From the NCBI RefSeq assembly GCF_902713615.1, contig NW_024055740.1, positions 124,001-188,000 on the forward strand: a DNA stretch of 64,000 bases, read 5' to 3'. Shown here in pieces: positions 1-12,250 of the stretch. Source of the DNA: Scyliorhinus canicula (Eukaryota). The notes beneath the pieces were generated by a model. It searched no databases, was not told where the DNA came from, and worked only from the letters and a program-made list of their open reading frames with translations. Both the position numbers and the translations under genes were made by a program. Positions within the stretch are counted from its first letter, which is position 1. Every line of letters begins with the position of its first letter.

Positions 1-71
1 GCCCTATGACAAGGTCTAAAACGATTATCACTCATACAGGGTGGAGATTAACCTAAACTAATCCAAAAACC

Positions 72-343
72 TTTATTGCCACAAGTAGGCTTACATTAAC
101 ACTGCAATAAAGCTACTGTCAAAAGCTACTAGTCGCAGCATTTAGGCGCCTGTTCGGGTACACAGAGGGAGAACTCAGAAAGTCAAAGTTACCTAACAGC
201 ACGTCATTCGGGGCACGTGGGAGGAAACCGGAGAACCAGGAGGAAACCCACACAGAACACAGGGAGAATGTGCAGACTCCGCACAGTGACCCAAGTCAGG
301 AATCGAACCTGAGACCACGGCGCTGTGAAGCAGCAGTGCCACT
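72..343 (-). mobile_element. tRNA-derived SINE (HE1/V-SINE-type head with 'tail 2')
   Basis: Reverse complement has the HE1-type head/core (GGGTCACTG...GGAGTCTGCACATTCTCCC...GGTTTCCTCCCAC) joined to the CCGAACAGGCGCC...AAGCCTACTTGTGGCAATAAAG tail also seen at 42000 and 50116. Confidence 0.8.
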
Positions 344-569
344 GAGATTGGATCTAGTGCAATGATTACTGATACAGAGTCCACACTAACATAAACCGAG
401 ACAGGTTCTAGTGCAGAAATTACTGATACAAAGTTTGATTCACCTTAAATGATATAGGACGTCGAGCAGTGATCATTGATTCAGAGTTTGGAATAGTCTA
501 AACTGAGGTAGGGTCTATTTCGGTCATTCCTGCTGCAGGGTCTAGATTAATATATGTCTAAAGAATTAT

Positions 570-715
570 TAGGTCAGATGATTGAAAGCTTGGTCGACGA
601 GGCAAGTTATATGGGATAATTTTTATTAAGGAAATTGAGGTAAAGAGGAGTGTGGGATGCGTACCAGAGCTTAGGGCCGAGACGCATGAAGACATGGCAA
701 AGTGAAACAATTAAT
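570..715 (-). mobile_element. Old L2-like LINE 3' fragment
   Basis: AAAGCTTGGTC...GAGG and CCAGAGCTTAGGGCC motifs resemble the reverse complement of L2-group 3' ends; heavily decayed. Confidence 0.4.
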
Positions 716-904
716 TCTGAAGATAGCATTACGTCTTGATTGATTACTGTCGCAAACATTTCGAACAATGTTTTTTCCACACCTGCACGAACGGTCAATA
801 CGTTTTTGCAGTGATTTCAATTGCTCTCCTTAACCAGATGAGAGCTCTATGATTGTCCAGACATTTATCCTATGGGTGCCAATCTGGCGGTACTGTGAGA
901 CACG

Positions 905-1760
905 GTTCTGTCTAACACTGCCAGTGCATCAGGTTCTGATGATCCACTCTGCCTATGCTCCTCATACATTTGTAGACCTCTATCAGGTCGCCGCTCAACC
1001 TCCGTCATTCCAGTGAGAACAAACCAAGTTTATTCAACCTCTTCTCGTAGCTAATGCCCTCCATACCAGGCAACATTCCGGTAAACCTCTTCTGCACACT
1101 CTCAAATGCCTCCACATCCTTCTGGTAGTGTGGCGACCAGAATTGAACACTATACCCCAAGTGTGGCCTAACTAAGGTTCTATACAGCTGCAACATGACT
1201 TGCCAATTTTTATGCACTATTCTCCGACCAATGAAGGCAAGCATGCCGTATGCTATGCCTTCTTGACTACCTTCTCCACCTGTATTGCCCCTTTCAGTGA
1301 CCTGTGGACGTGTACACCTAGGTCTCTCTGACTGTCAATACTCTTGAGGATTCTATCATTCACTGTATATTTTCCACCTGTATTAGACCTTTCATAATGC
1401 ATGACCTCACATTTGTCCGGATTAAACTCCATCTGCCATCTCTCCACCCAAGTCTCCAAACGATCTAAATCCTGCTATGTCCTCTGACAGTCCTCATTGC
1501 TATCTGCAATTCCACCAAACTTTGTGTGAGAGAGAGTCATTGGACTCGAAACGTCAGCACTTTTCTCTCCCTACAGATGCTGCCAGACCTGCTGAGATTT
1601 TCCAACATTTTCTCTTTCGCCCAACCAACCTTTGTGTCGTCCGTAAACGTACTAATCAGATCAGTTACATTTTCCTCAAAATAATTTATATATACTACCA
1701 ACATCAAAGGTCCCACCGCTGGTCCCTGCGGAACACCACGAGTCACAACAAGCAAATATA
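905..1760 (-). mobile_element. CR1-clade LINE RT fragment, split by a short insert at 1528-1620
   Basis: Translates to GVPQG...FTDDTKVG, WQMEFNPDKCEVMH, RDLGVHVHRSLK, LYRTLVRPHLGYSVQFWSPHYQKD; contains stops and frameshifts. Confidence 0.9.
1528..1620 (+). mobile_element. Short Penelope-terminal-repeat-like element with partial hammerhead motif
   Basis: GAGTC-attg-GACTC-GAAAC-GTC (1534-1555), then CAGATGCTGCCAGACCTGCTGAG. Flanked by an imperfect 16-17 bp duplication (1512-1527, 1621-1637). Confidence 0.55.
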
Positions 1761-2039
1761 TCAAATAATTTATAATATCGAGACAGACAACAGGAACATG
1801 GTCCAGTGTAATATTAACAGAGACAGGCCCTGGTGTGATGTAAAGAGACACATTCCAGTGGAATATAAAAGAGGCGGAACTTAATGTAATATAATAATAT
1901 GCATGATTTAGTGTAATATTAATTGAGTGTGGCACAAACAGAACAGTGTAGTATAGACAGGGGCAGGATTTACTTTAATATAGATAAAGGCAGAGTCTCA
2001 TTCAACTTGAGAAGAAACAGATTTGACGTAAAACAGTGA

Positions 2040-2410
2040 CATAGAAAATAGAGCAGGAGCAAACCATTCTGTCCCTGCTCCGCTAATCATTCTGATCATG
2101 GTTGGTCATCCACATCAGTAACCTGTTTCCACTTTCCCCCCTGTCATTTGGTCCCTTTATAGCTTTGATCCCCAAGAGCTTTATCTAACGCCTTCTTGAA
2201 AACATAGAATACTTTGGACTCAACTTCATTCTGTTGTATAGAATTCACAGATTCACAAATCTCAGGGTGAAGACATTGCTCCTCATCTCAGTCCTAAATG
2301 GTTTACCCCGTATCCTTAGACTGTGACACCTCGTTCTAGCTTTGCCGGCCATCGGGACCATCCTTACTGCATCCGCCCTGGTCTAGTCCTGTTGCAATTT
2401 GATCGGTTTA
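2040..2410 (-). mobile_element. CR1 LINE 3' end
   Basis: Reverse complement of the CR1 C-terminus and 3' tail (ACATAGAAAATAGAGCAGGAG...). Confidence 0.7.
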
Positions 2411-3084
2411 TAATCAGAGCGGAAAATGAATTAATATCTCATTAATCAGTGTTTTCTGTTTTCTGACCCTTCTTCCAGTGAATTAAGTTTCTTCCTAACT
2501 AATCAAACAAAACCATTCCGATTTTGACCATTTTCACCAGGCCTTCCCATAACCTGCTGGGTTATAAGGAAAACAATCCCAGCTTCCAAACGCTCTGACC
2601 GTGCAGCTGATGCTATGAGAAGATCAGGTTGTACATATGTTTCTGCCTTGCTTGCATTTAGATGCTATTTTTGGAATAACTGATATTTTATATGGAGCCA
2701 ATGGACTTCCCATTCACCATTACCATTGTGTCCGAATAAGACCAAGACTAATAAAAGACCAGCCTCTGAAAATCAAATTGACCCAAGTAAGACTGGACCC
2801 AGAGTTTGAACTTTAGATACACCGAGCAAAATGTCAGAATGTCAAAATACAAACCATAATAGGTTAGCAGTCTTGTCTCAGTGGAATCCATGTCACCTCC
2901 CACAACAGATACCTGAGCCCATGATGTAGACCTGTGATTCAATACAGGAGGAGTGTATTATGTTCAGTTGTTCCATCTTTTAGATGTAATGATTTCAGTC
3001 TTAGGGGTAGTTTCGCAAGATTATTACAAAACTGGTTACCTGGAGGTCTGAACTAATACTCCAGACACAGGAGTGCAAATTCCT

Positions 3085-3792
3085 CCAGGGCATATTGTAA
3101 TGCTGTGAACGATTTTGGTCTCCTTATGTAAGGATAGATATTTGGGGACAGTCCTGAGAAGGCTTTTTAGGTTATTCCCGAGAATGGAGGGATTTTCAAA
3201 GGCAGGTAGCATTTCACAGCACAGGAAGAGGCTCCTCGGCCCATCGGTACTCTGTCTGTCAGCAAATAAAGAAGAATCCGGCCTTGAATCACAAACCTTG
3301 CGGTAAACAGCCAAACACGCTGACCAATTGCACCACAGAGACTGACATGAGGAGGGCTAAAGTAGGTTAGGACTACACGCATAGGAGTTTAGAAGAATGA
3401 AAGGCGAAGTTACTGATATTTATAGTTTTCTCAGGGCACTTGACAGTGTAGATGTTAAAGGTTGTTTCGGCTTGTGGGAGGGTCTAGGACCATAGGGCAC
3501 AATCTAAGTGTAAGGTGCCACTCATTTCAGACGAGGATGAGGAGGAATTTCTTCTCTCAGAGGGTAGTGATTCTCTAGAATTCTTTGCCATAGAGAGTTG
3601 GCCTGGTCAATAAATATGTTCAAGGCTCAGACAGACAGATTCTTCATCAGTAAGGGAATCAAGGGTTATGGGGATGACGTGGAAATGTGGAGTTGAGGAT
3701 TTTAGCAGATTTGCCACGAACTCATTGAATGGCAGATCATATTACATGGGCCGAATGGCCAATTTCTGCTCCTAGATCTTATGGTTTTATGG
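3085..3792 (+). mobile_element. CR1 LINE 3' end (decayed, with small insert ~3205-3340)
   Basis: GAGGATGAGGAGGAATTTCTTCTCTCAGAGGGTAGTG (MRRNFFSQRV) and tail GGGCCGAATGGCC...CTGCTCCTAGATCTTATGG. Confidence 0.8.
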
Positions 3793-3799
3793 CAGTTCT

Positions 3800-4030
3800 A
3801 GATACTTTCAATTGAATGACTTAATCAATCAGAAAAAAATCGACGTGTCATTTATAATACTTATGAAGCTATCGAACTTTTGCAACGCCCAGCAGGTTCA
3901 GCAACATCCTTCAGGAGAAGAAAGCTTCTTTCCTTACTCTGGCCCATATGTGACTCTAGTTCAGCAATGATGTGGTTGACTGTTAACTATCTCTGATATT
4001 GCCGAGCAAGCAAGTCAGTTCAACGGAACA
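3800..4030 (+). mobile_element. Decayed shark SINE body (same family as 13320-13950)
   Basis: ATGTGACTCTAG...ATGTGGTTGACT...GCAAG...CAGTTCAA motif shared with 13800-13900. Confidence 0.55.
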
Positions 4031-4167
4031 TGCTACAGAAAGTCAAATGTCAATAAAATCGCTCGAAGTGCACCTTATTAAAAACGTGGTTCACATCCGG
4101 CTTCTCAGGATGGACAGTTAATGCTGACTGTGTCACTGATGGCTATATAGCGAGAATGAATCCAAAA

Positions 4168-4282
4168 CTGTGCAAAGTGCTGCAGATTCTGGGAATCTAA
4201 AACAAAATCAACAAAAAAGGCTGCTCAGCAGGTCAGTGAGCATCAGCAGAGAGAGGACCAGAGTCACATTTCGGGTGGATTA
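4168..4282 (-). mobile_element. Second, decayed copy of the Penelope-terminal-repeat-like element
   Basis: Reverse complement reads CCCGAAATGTGACTCTG...GATGCTCACTGACCTGCTGAG...CAGAATCTGCAGCACTTTGCAC, homologous to 1528-1620 and 63801-63852. Confidence 0.5.
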
Positions 4283-4297
4283 CCTCACTGATATAAT

Positions 4298-4535
4298 TCT
4301 AAAGAGCAGAGCTGCTTTTCCCAGTATCTTGGACCAATGTCCGTTCTTCACCTAAAATCACAAATTAGCTGGTCACTTATCACATCTCCATTTGTGGGAG
4401 CTTGCTGTGCACAAATGCCCTGCTCTGTTTCCAACATTGGAGCAGTGACTAAATTCAGTAAAAATATTTCAGTGAGTTCTAAGGGCGTTGGGATGACCTG
4501 AGGTCGGGTAAAGCGTTTTACAAAATCAAGCTCTT
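4298..4535 (+). mobile_element. DeuSINE (SacSINE1/AmnSINE1-like) Deu domain and tail
   Basis: CTGGTCACTTATCACAT...TTTGTGGGAGCTTGCTGTGCACAAAT...CAGTGACT...GACCTGAGGTC matches the Deu-domain pattern. Confidence 0.65.
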
Positions 4536-5292
4536 TCCAAATGTTAACATTTTTAAATGCAGGTTGTAATATGTCGCAAGATCTGAGATTGATGTGACAA
4601 CAGATCAATCCTCTGCCTGATGTTTCAATTTATTTACTTTAAATCGGCTAATATTTCAATCAATTTAACATTCAGTGGAAAAGTAGCTGGTTAAAGATGC
4701 TTTATTAATTGAGGCTTCATAACTTTCAGAATGAATACTTTATTTAAAGTATGTTTTATTTGAATTAAGTAACATCTGTTCTAATGGAAGTTTCTATTCG
4801 TTTGAACCAACTGTCAATATTCTGAAAATAAACCGCTATTTTCAGTTGAAACTAATCAATAAGTGACTGTGTTTATCTCGTTTTGCTGACATGAACATTT
4901 CATTGTGACCAGTGGGGGTTTTATGTAAATAAACACAGAAATAGAAGTTCCAGATTAGATTGCGGACTGAGAAAAGCAAAACAAATGTTTCCCCACCAAC
5001 ACAGCACAGAAATAGAGACAAAATTGCAAATAGATCAACGGATTCCAGTAGTGTTTGTTTTTCGACATTTTTTTATTCATCGGTTATATGAGAAAAATGT
5101 CATTATGATATCCATGTTCATAATTAGGAAATATTCCCTCTAATATCTAAATATAAGGACATGCCAAGTGTGTTAGTAGAATTTTCCTGTGTCCTATCTC
5201 TCTCTGTGCCTTTCTCATAACTGGTTCTATCTCATGTCGCTCCACGAAGGGTCATTGTCTTTAATCGACATGTGGCCAACACTAATAACAAT

Positions 5293-5422
5293 TTTACTGT
5301 GAAAAACCCCGAGTCGCCACATTCCGGCGCCTGTTTGGGTAAGCTGGAACGGGAATTGCACCCGCGCTGCTGGTCTTGTTCTGCATCACTAACCAGCTGT
5401 CTAGCCCACTGAGCTAAACCAG
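5293..5422 (-). mobile_element. Short tRNA-derived SINE (head B + tail 2)
   Basis: Reverse complement has the A-box GGTTTAGCTCAGTGGGC, a B-box-like GGGTGCAATTCCC, then AACAGGCGCCGGAATGTGGCGAC. Confidence 0.75.
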
Positions 5423-5634
5423 CACTCTCACCCCGTTGGCTTCCAACTAAATGGATAGAATCGAATCCGATGAATTGGAATCTCATTGGAAGCTAAAATG
5501 AGGTTGGAGCATTCAATGACCTTGGAGTGTTTAATGAGAACTGTAGAGACAATTTTCCTCTATATCTGATTTGGGATTCACATGGTGGTTGAGGATTTGA
5601 CGTGGCAGGGCCGAAGAATCTTTCCTTGCACTTA

Positions 5635-6095
5635 ATCAAGCTGCCAGGACATTGGAGCATTTGATTGCCCAGGGTAGAGCAAGCTTTACTTGCATGTAAC
5701 CTGCACTGAACCTGCCCTGTGAGTGTTGGACATGACTGTGCACAGAGAGATTTACTCCGTATCTGAACTGTGCTCCACCTGACCTGGGTGAGTTTGATGG
5801 GAAAATGCAGTGATTTCTTTACCCAGTAACTAACCCCACTGTCAACCTGTCTTGAGGATCTCTGAAGGAAGAGTGCAGAGAGGTTTTGCGTGGTATCGAA
5901 CTCTTGGTTTCCAGGCAGTTAATGTGTTTGAGCGAGTTATGTAGAGGGAATTTAATTGTACATCTAAACAATCTGCAGCTGCTCTGAGAATGTTTGATGG
6001 GGACAGTGTAAGGGAGTTTCTCTTTGTCACCAACCTGTGATGCACCTGTCCTGCGGGTGTTTGAAGGGACAGTCGTCGCTGGCTCTGTATTGCAC
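5635..6095. repeat. Degenerate ~60-70 bp tandem repeat
   Basis: Recurrent GTGTTTGATGGGACAGTGTAGAGGGAG...TTTACT-like units. Confidence 0.5.
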
Positions 6096-6224
6096 CAGGC
6101 CGTGAGCCCGTCTCTGTTTATATTATACTACCTTGTACCTGTGTCAGTTGATATTAAATAAGGACCTATTTCTCTTTGTTCATATTAAACTAGGCCACCA
6201 ATTAGAGGACATGTATTGATCAAT

Positions 6225-6352
6225 AAGGCGTTCAGGAGTTATTGGGAGAAGGCAGGAGAATGGGGATTAGGAACATATTGGCCATGGTTTAATGACGGAG
6301 CAGTCACGATGGGTCGAATGGGCTAATTCTGCTCCTATATCTTATGGAGTTA
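6225..6352 (+). mobile_element. CR1 3' tail fragment
   Basis: GGGAGAAGGCAGGAGAATGGGG...GATGGGTCGAATGGGC...CTGCTCCTATATCTTATGG. Confidence 0.7.
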
Positions 6353-6766
6353 TGGACCCAGTTTGTCTCTCTTTACATTAACCTAGAACCTGACTCTGTT
6401 TCTATTAATTTAAACCTGTCTCTGTATTACATTAGATACAGCTTCAGTTCTGCACTGGGCCATATCTCTGTTCATATTACATTGGACTCAGCCTCAGTAA
6501 TTGCTGCGGTAGACCACGCACAATAATATGGAAAGTGGCTGAGGTGGAAATTGTGAAGATTAAAAAAAAACTGAGGGAAAAGTGAGAGTCTAAAATTCTT
6601 CAGCAAGCAATGCTGATCTATGTCCAGATAAACGACATAGTCTGTCTTGTCAGCACCCTAGATGCATCTACATACAAGCGCAGACCTCCCTGATCTTCTT
6701 GCAGCCACTTCAAATTGTTCAACTGAACTATTGCTTGTACCTAGTGCAATAAACTAAGGGAATGGA

Positions 6767-6990
6767 GGGGCAGCACGGTGGCCTAGTGGTTAGCACAGCT
6801 GCTTCACGGCGCTGAGGTCCCAGGTTCGATCCCGGCTCTGGGTCACTGTCCATGTGGAGTTTGCACATTCTCCCCGTGTCTGCGTGGGTTTCACGCCACA
6901 ACCCAAAAATGTGCAGAGTAGGTGGATTGGCCACGCTAAATTTCCCCTTAATTGGAAAAATAATTGGGTAATCTAAATTTATAAAAAAAA
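6767..6990 (+). mobile_element. HE1-type SINE, short A-tailed subfamily, with 16-bp target-site duplication
   Basis: GGGCAGCACGGTGGCCTAGTGGTTAGC head and A-rich end. AAACTAAGGGAATGGA occurs at both 6751-6766 and 6988-7003. Confidence 0.9.
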
Positions 6991-7059
6991 CTAAGGGAAT
7001 GGAATAGTTGTAATTGTGTAACAGAAACAAAGGATAAATAACTGAGACAGAACCTAATG

Positions 7060-7240
7060 TTGCAGCAACATTCATTCTCTTCACAGCAGAGACACAGTAG
7101 CTGCATTGTGTAACATCGACGGGATGCACTGCAGCAACTCGCCAAGAATTCTTCAACAGCACCTTCCATACCCGAGACCTCCGAGAATCACAAGGGGAAC
7201 AATCACATGGGAACACAATACTCTGCATCCTCCTACACAT
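7060..7240 (+). mobile_element. CR1-group LINE 'family B' 3' fragment
   Basis: GATGCACTGCAGCAACTCGCCAAG...CAGCACCTTCC...ACATGGGAACAC, homologous to 23900-24030. Confidence 0.65.
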
Positions 7241-7577
7241 CCGACTCTCTGGGGTAGGAATTGGTCTTGGGTACCGGCAACAACGTAATGCCAACTGAAA
7301 TCAAATTATGTTGCCTGCACTGAAAATGAATATCAAATGTTGCAAAGCACACACTGTAGACACTATACATCCCGTTTCAGGCTGTTGCCATATACTGATT
7401 TCTTGTCCAAAATATCTATTTATTATATTATCTTTCCATCTCAAAGACATGTGGAATAATGGGCCGACAATTCAAAATAGAGGCATCATCTGGCGCATTA
7501 ATAAAAGTGAGCAGGTCTCGGAAAAAATAGGCAGATTCAGGATCAAATATAGAATCCCTACTGGGCAGAACGTCACT

Positions 7578-7847
7578 CGGCCCATAGCATCTGCCCCGAC
7601 CTCTGAAAGAACATCTTCCCCAATCCCCTGCCCTTGCAACATGACCTGCGCATCCCTGGAAACTAAGGGGCAATTTAGAATGGCCAATACACCTACCTAC
7701 ATATTTTTGGATTATGGGAGGAAACAGGAGCATCCGGAGGAAAGCCACTCAGACACAGGGAGAAAGTGCAAACTCCACAACGATCGTCAAGAATTGAACC
7801 CTGGAGCTATGAGGCAGCAGTGCTAACCACTGTGCCATCATGCCGCC
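7578..7847 (-). mobile_element. HE1-type SINE
   Basis: Reverse complement has head (ATGGCACAGTGGTTAGCACTGCTGCCTCA), V-core and TGGCCATTCTAAATTGCCCCTTAG. Confidence 0.8.
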
Positions 7848-8384
7848 GATAACATAATCAGAGACTGGGTCGAGTGCAATATAAACTGAGTTCTGGTCCA
7901 GCGGAGTACCGATTGATACACATTGAGACATGATCAATGCAGCAATAAGAGGGATATCGTACAACACAAGAATAACATGGGCAGGGGCTAGTGTTATATA
8001 AACAGGGACATGGACAGGTGTAGAATTAAGCAAAGCAGCATTGAGTTTATTAGAATCTAACTATCTTGTCGAGTAATAGCGGAGACCGAACCACGTGATG
8101 CAAACAGAATGTTGTTCCAGTTACGATGCACAGATAAACGTTCTGATGCTGTAACCATTGTGACGTGTTTCGTGCCAGACTAACTGAGACATGATTCAGT
8201 GCAGTTATTATTAATGATTTGTAATAGAAACAGGGTGTGGGCCTGTATATTAACAACTGATATTCAGCCGAGTGCAGGAAAACTGAGACATGACCTGCTG
8301 CAATGTGATAGAGACACGGCGAGTGTCATTTAAACAGAGGCGGGGGTCAGGTGAATGTAAGCTGAGAGATATGTTTAAAATGAT

Positions 8385-10185
8385 TTAATGGCATCTTGGT
8401 GTCACCAGTAACGTCAGCATTTGATGCCAATTCCCAATTGCCCTTGGGAATGTGGTGTTGAACCCACTTATTGAACCATTGCATTCCATACTGAGTAAGT
8501 CCACCCACAGAGGTGACAGGAAGGGAGTTCCAGGATTTTGACCAGTGACAGTGAAGGAACAGAGATATAGTTCCCATCTTCTGCACTGTAAATTCTATGA
8601 AATCTATGAAGATGGTGTGAGGCTTGTCGGGGAACTTGCAGGTCTTGCTGTTATAATGCGTCTGTCGGGCCTGGTACTTTTAAATGTCTGAGTTCGTGGG
8701 TTTGGAAGGTGGTATAGAAGGAGGCACTTGCTGCAGTACATCCTTGTATATCGCTCACGCTGCTAGAATTGTACACACGTGATGCAGGGAGTGAATGTTT
8801 CAGCTGGTGGATGGGGTGTTCCTCGAGTCGGCCGCTTTGTCCCGGATGGCGTTGAGATTCTCGAGTGTTGCTTGAGGGGCGCACTTCAGACAAATGGAGA
8901 ATATTCAGTTAAACTCCTGACTTCTGCCTTCTAGATGATGAGTAGGGGTTGGGAAGTCAAGAGGTGAGTAACTCACCGTAAAATTTCCAGCCACTGACCT
9001 GCTCTTGTAGCCACATTATTTAAATGGTTCTTCCAGTTCAGTTTTTCATCACTGCTAATGATGGTGGGGGATTTAATCAATGTAGTGTCATTTAAAATCA
9101 AGGGGAGTTGGTTAGCATCTCTATTTTTGGGGTGGTCATTGCCTGACACTTGTCAGCCCAAGCCTGAATGTTGTCCAAGTCTTACTGCATATGAAGCCAG
9201 ACTGCTTCAGTATTTGAGGAATCGAATATGGTGCACAACATTGGGTAATCATCAACGAACATTCCCACTTATGACATTATGATGAAGGGTGAAGCTTGGG
9301 CCGGGGGCACTATGCTAGGACACTATACGTTACAGGATGCTCCTTGACACTTTTCATGAAGTTGCTGATGATCGAATGCGGACTGATAGGCCAATAATTG
9401 GCCGGGTTGGATTTTTCCTGCCTTATGTGGACGAGTCATGTTTGGCAATGTTACACATTGTTGGGTACGTGTCAGTGCTGTAGCTGCACTGGAGCAATTT
9501 GTCTGGGGCGCAGCCAGTTCCAGGCCACACATCTTCAGTATTGCTGCTAGGGCAGCACGGTAGCATTGTGGCTAGCACAATCGCTTCACAGCTCCAGGGT
9601 CCCAGGTTCGATTCTGGCTTGGGTCACTGTTTGTGCGGAGTCTGCACGTCCTCCCCGTGTGTGCGTGGGTTCCCTCCGGGTGCTCTGGTTTCCTCCCACA
9701 GTCCAAAGATGTGCGGGTTAGGTGGATTGGCCATGCTAAGTTGCCTTTAGTGTCCAAAATTGCCCTTAGTGTTGGGTGGGGTTACTGGGTTATAGGGATA
9801 CGGTTGAGGTGTTGACCTTGGGTAGGATGCTCTTTCCAAGACCTGGTGCAGACTCGATGGGCCGAATGGCCTCCTTCTGCACTGTAAATTCTATGTAAAT
9901 GTTGCCAGGCATAATGCGCCGTCAGCCGTTTCTTGATATCGTGTGGAGTGAATCAAATTTGCTGAAGACTGACATCCATGATGATGCAGACCACCGGAGG
10001 AGGCCGAGATGGATCATCCTCTCGGCACCTCTGGCAAAAACGTTCAGTCTTGTTTTTTGCACTGACGTGCTGGGCTCCCGCATCATTGAAGAGGGGATTT
10101 TTATTGAGGCTCCTATTCCGGCTTTTTGTTTATTTATTCATTACTATTCAGGACTGGATGTGGCAAAACTGCAGATTGAACTGTA
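8385..10185 (-). mobile_element. CR1-group LINE family B fragment, interrupted by an HE1 SINE
   Basis: Reverse complement of the same 3' region as 23005-24245; stops and frameshifts throughout. Confidence 0.7.
9550..9898 (+). mobile_element. Full-length HE1-type SINE with CR1-like tail
   Basis: GGGCAGCACGGTAGC head, B-box GGTTCGATTC, V-core, and tail GGGCCGAATGGCCTCCTTCTGCACTGTAAATTCTATG. Confidence 0.9.
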
Positions 10186-11144
10186 TATTGAAAATAGGAT
10201 CGCATTGATTGTGTGATATAAACATTGACAAGTACTGGTGCAGTATTAATTTAAACAGAGTGTCCTGTATTATAAACAAAGAGAGAGTCTATTCTAACAA
10301 AAATACAGATGGAGTCCAATTTAAAATTAACAGAGACAGGGATCAGTGCAGTAATTATTGAGTTAATGTCTGCTTCATGGCATCTCGATTTAAATTCCAT
10401 CTGCTGGCCAAACTTTGCAATTGCAGTTGCTGTGAAAATGTTGCTGTCAGGTATAATCCATGATGTTGATGTATCCATTATCCATTTCCACAAATGTAAT
10501 ATCACACGTAACGTTCTACGGGAGGTGCCAAAATTTAAGGTGTAACTAATTGCAGGTGCCGGTGGCTGATTCTCCCACATTGAGATCAGCACCAGAGCAA
10601 AGTGGCTCAATTCCTGGTAAAGCGTTTTTGTTCATCTTTGTTAAATAGAGGAATGTTTACCTGGGCGCTGTATGGAGCCCATGGGAAATGTAACATTCAT
10701 CTCACAACCATAGTGTTGGGGAGAGTTTATTGATTCATTATACCACCTGCAAAGTGGCTGGGGCCATTGTGTCCGAAGCTTCCCAGGGAGTTCACATGGG
10801 ATTTTAATTTTAAAGGGGAAATGTGTGTGTGCGTGTAAAACAGAGAGAATGCGTGCGTGGGAGACTGACTGTGTGTGTGTGTGGCTGTGTTTGTGTGAAA
10901 CACATGTTGCGTACAAATTTCATAAAGGCCACGGCATCCTTCTATTTCCAATAGAGACACAGCAAATATTACCACAAATGTTGCACACGAAGCACCCAAT
11001 TGTCGTTCTGGGTTGTCGTTTTCTCGGTTTGTGTCTATTTCAAAGCTGCTAAATCCACTGGTCCTGGTGGTTCACACCAGCCCACCGACAGTGTCGAATG
11101 TTTATTGAGATTGATGAAAGTAAGGTGAAGAGGTAGACATGTGG

Positions 11145-11305
11145 CAGAAAGAGCAGATCATGTCGAGAGTAAATCTTGCGACACAAACACAGCACCTTAC
11201 TTCGAGCAACATTTCGCCTGCAAGCAGATGAAGTGTTTAAACTGTAAAGCCAGCAAAGGCCTTCCCGGTGATGCTGAGTGAGATATGTCAATAGTTGTTG
11301 CACTT
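11145..11305 (-). mobile_element. Old RTE-clade LINE RT fragment
   Basis: Minus strand translates CNNY*HISLSITGKAFA...LHLLA...TLDMI, matching the RTE pattern NYRGISLLSITGKAFAR...RST.DMIF. Confidence 0.6.
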
Positions 11306-11559
11306 CCCTCTGTCCACTTTGTTTTCCGATCTTGATTATGATTTTACATCATGAATCTCCTGTGCGGTGGCTTATACCTTCTACCAGAGAAGGCAGAGGC
11401 CATAAATGTTCAGAAACATAGCAATTATATTCACCAATTTTCATTAATTTATGAATATAAACGATTAGATTCACCAATTGCCATCGTTCCACAAAGTCCT
11501 GTTTTAAATGAAGTTATACGGTATGGGCATCGATGGCTAGGCCATGATTTATTGTCCAT

Positions 11560-12250
11560 CGCTAATTGCCTTTCACAAAGAGGCGGTGAACTGCTTGTTT
11601 GAACCTCTGCAGTCACTCTGGTGTAGGTACACCGACGATGCTGTTAAGGAGGCAGTTCTAGGCTTTTGAACCAGCGACAGCGATTATTCGGTGATATATT
11701 TCCAAGTTAGGAAAGTGAATGATTTGGAGGGGAATTTCCATGTGGTCATCTTACCATGTATCAGCTGCCATTTCCTTCTAGAAGGATATGGTCCTGGGTT
11801 CCGAAGGTGTTTCGAAAGGAGATTTGCTGCGTTCCTGCAGTGCATCCTGTGGATGGTACATTATTGCCATTATTCGCCGGAGCTAGATGGAATGAGTGTT
11901 TGCACATGGGGTGACAATAAAGCTACTTTGGCCTGGATGGTGTCGAGATTCTTGAATTTTGTTGGAGCTGCACCCAGCCAGGCAACTGGAGTGTATTCAA
12001 TTACACTCCTAGCTTATGCTTTGTAGATGGTGAACACGCTTTGGGAGTCACGAGGTGAGTTGCTCACCGCAGGTTTCCTGGACGCTGATCGGATCTTGTA
12101 GTCTCAGCATTTATATGGTCAGTCCAGTGCAATTTCTGGTCAATGGTAACCCCAGTGCATTGAACGTGGGGAATTGAGCGATGACAATATCAGTGAATGT
12201 CAAGGAGCGATGGTTAGATTCTATTTTGCTGGAAATGGTCATTGTTTAGC
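11560..12250 (-). mobile_element. CR1-group LINE family B fragment
   Basis: Homologous to 8385-9150 (GAACCAGCGACAG...TTCCAAGTTAGGA...GGAGGGGAATTTCC). Confidence 0.7.

Noticed and set aside
9550-9620. tRNA-like A/B-box sequences (here and in other SINE heads) as tRNA genes
   Set aside because: No complete cloverleaf; each continues into a SINE core and tail.
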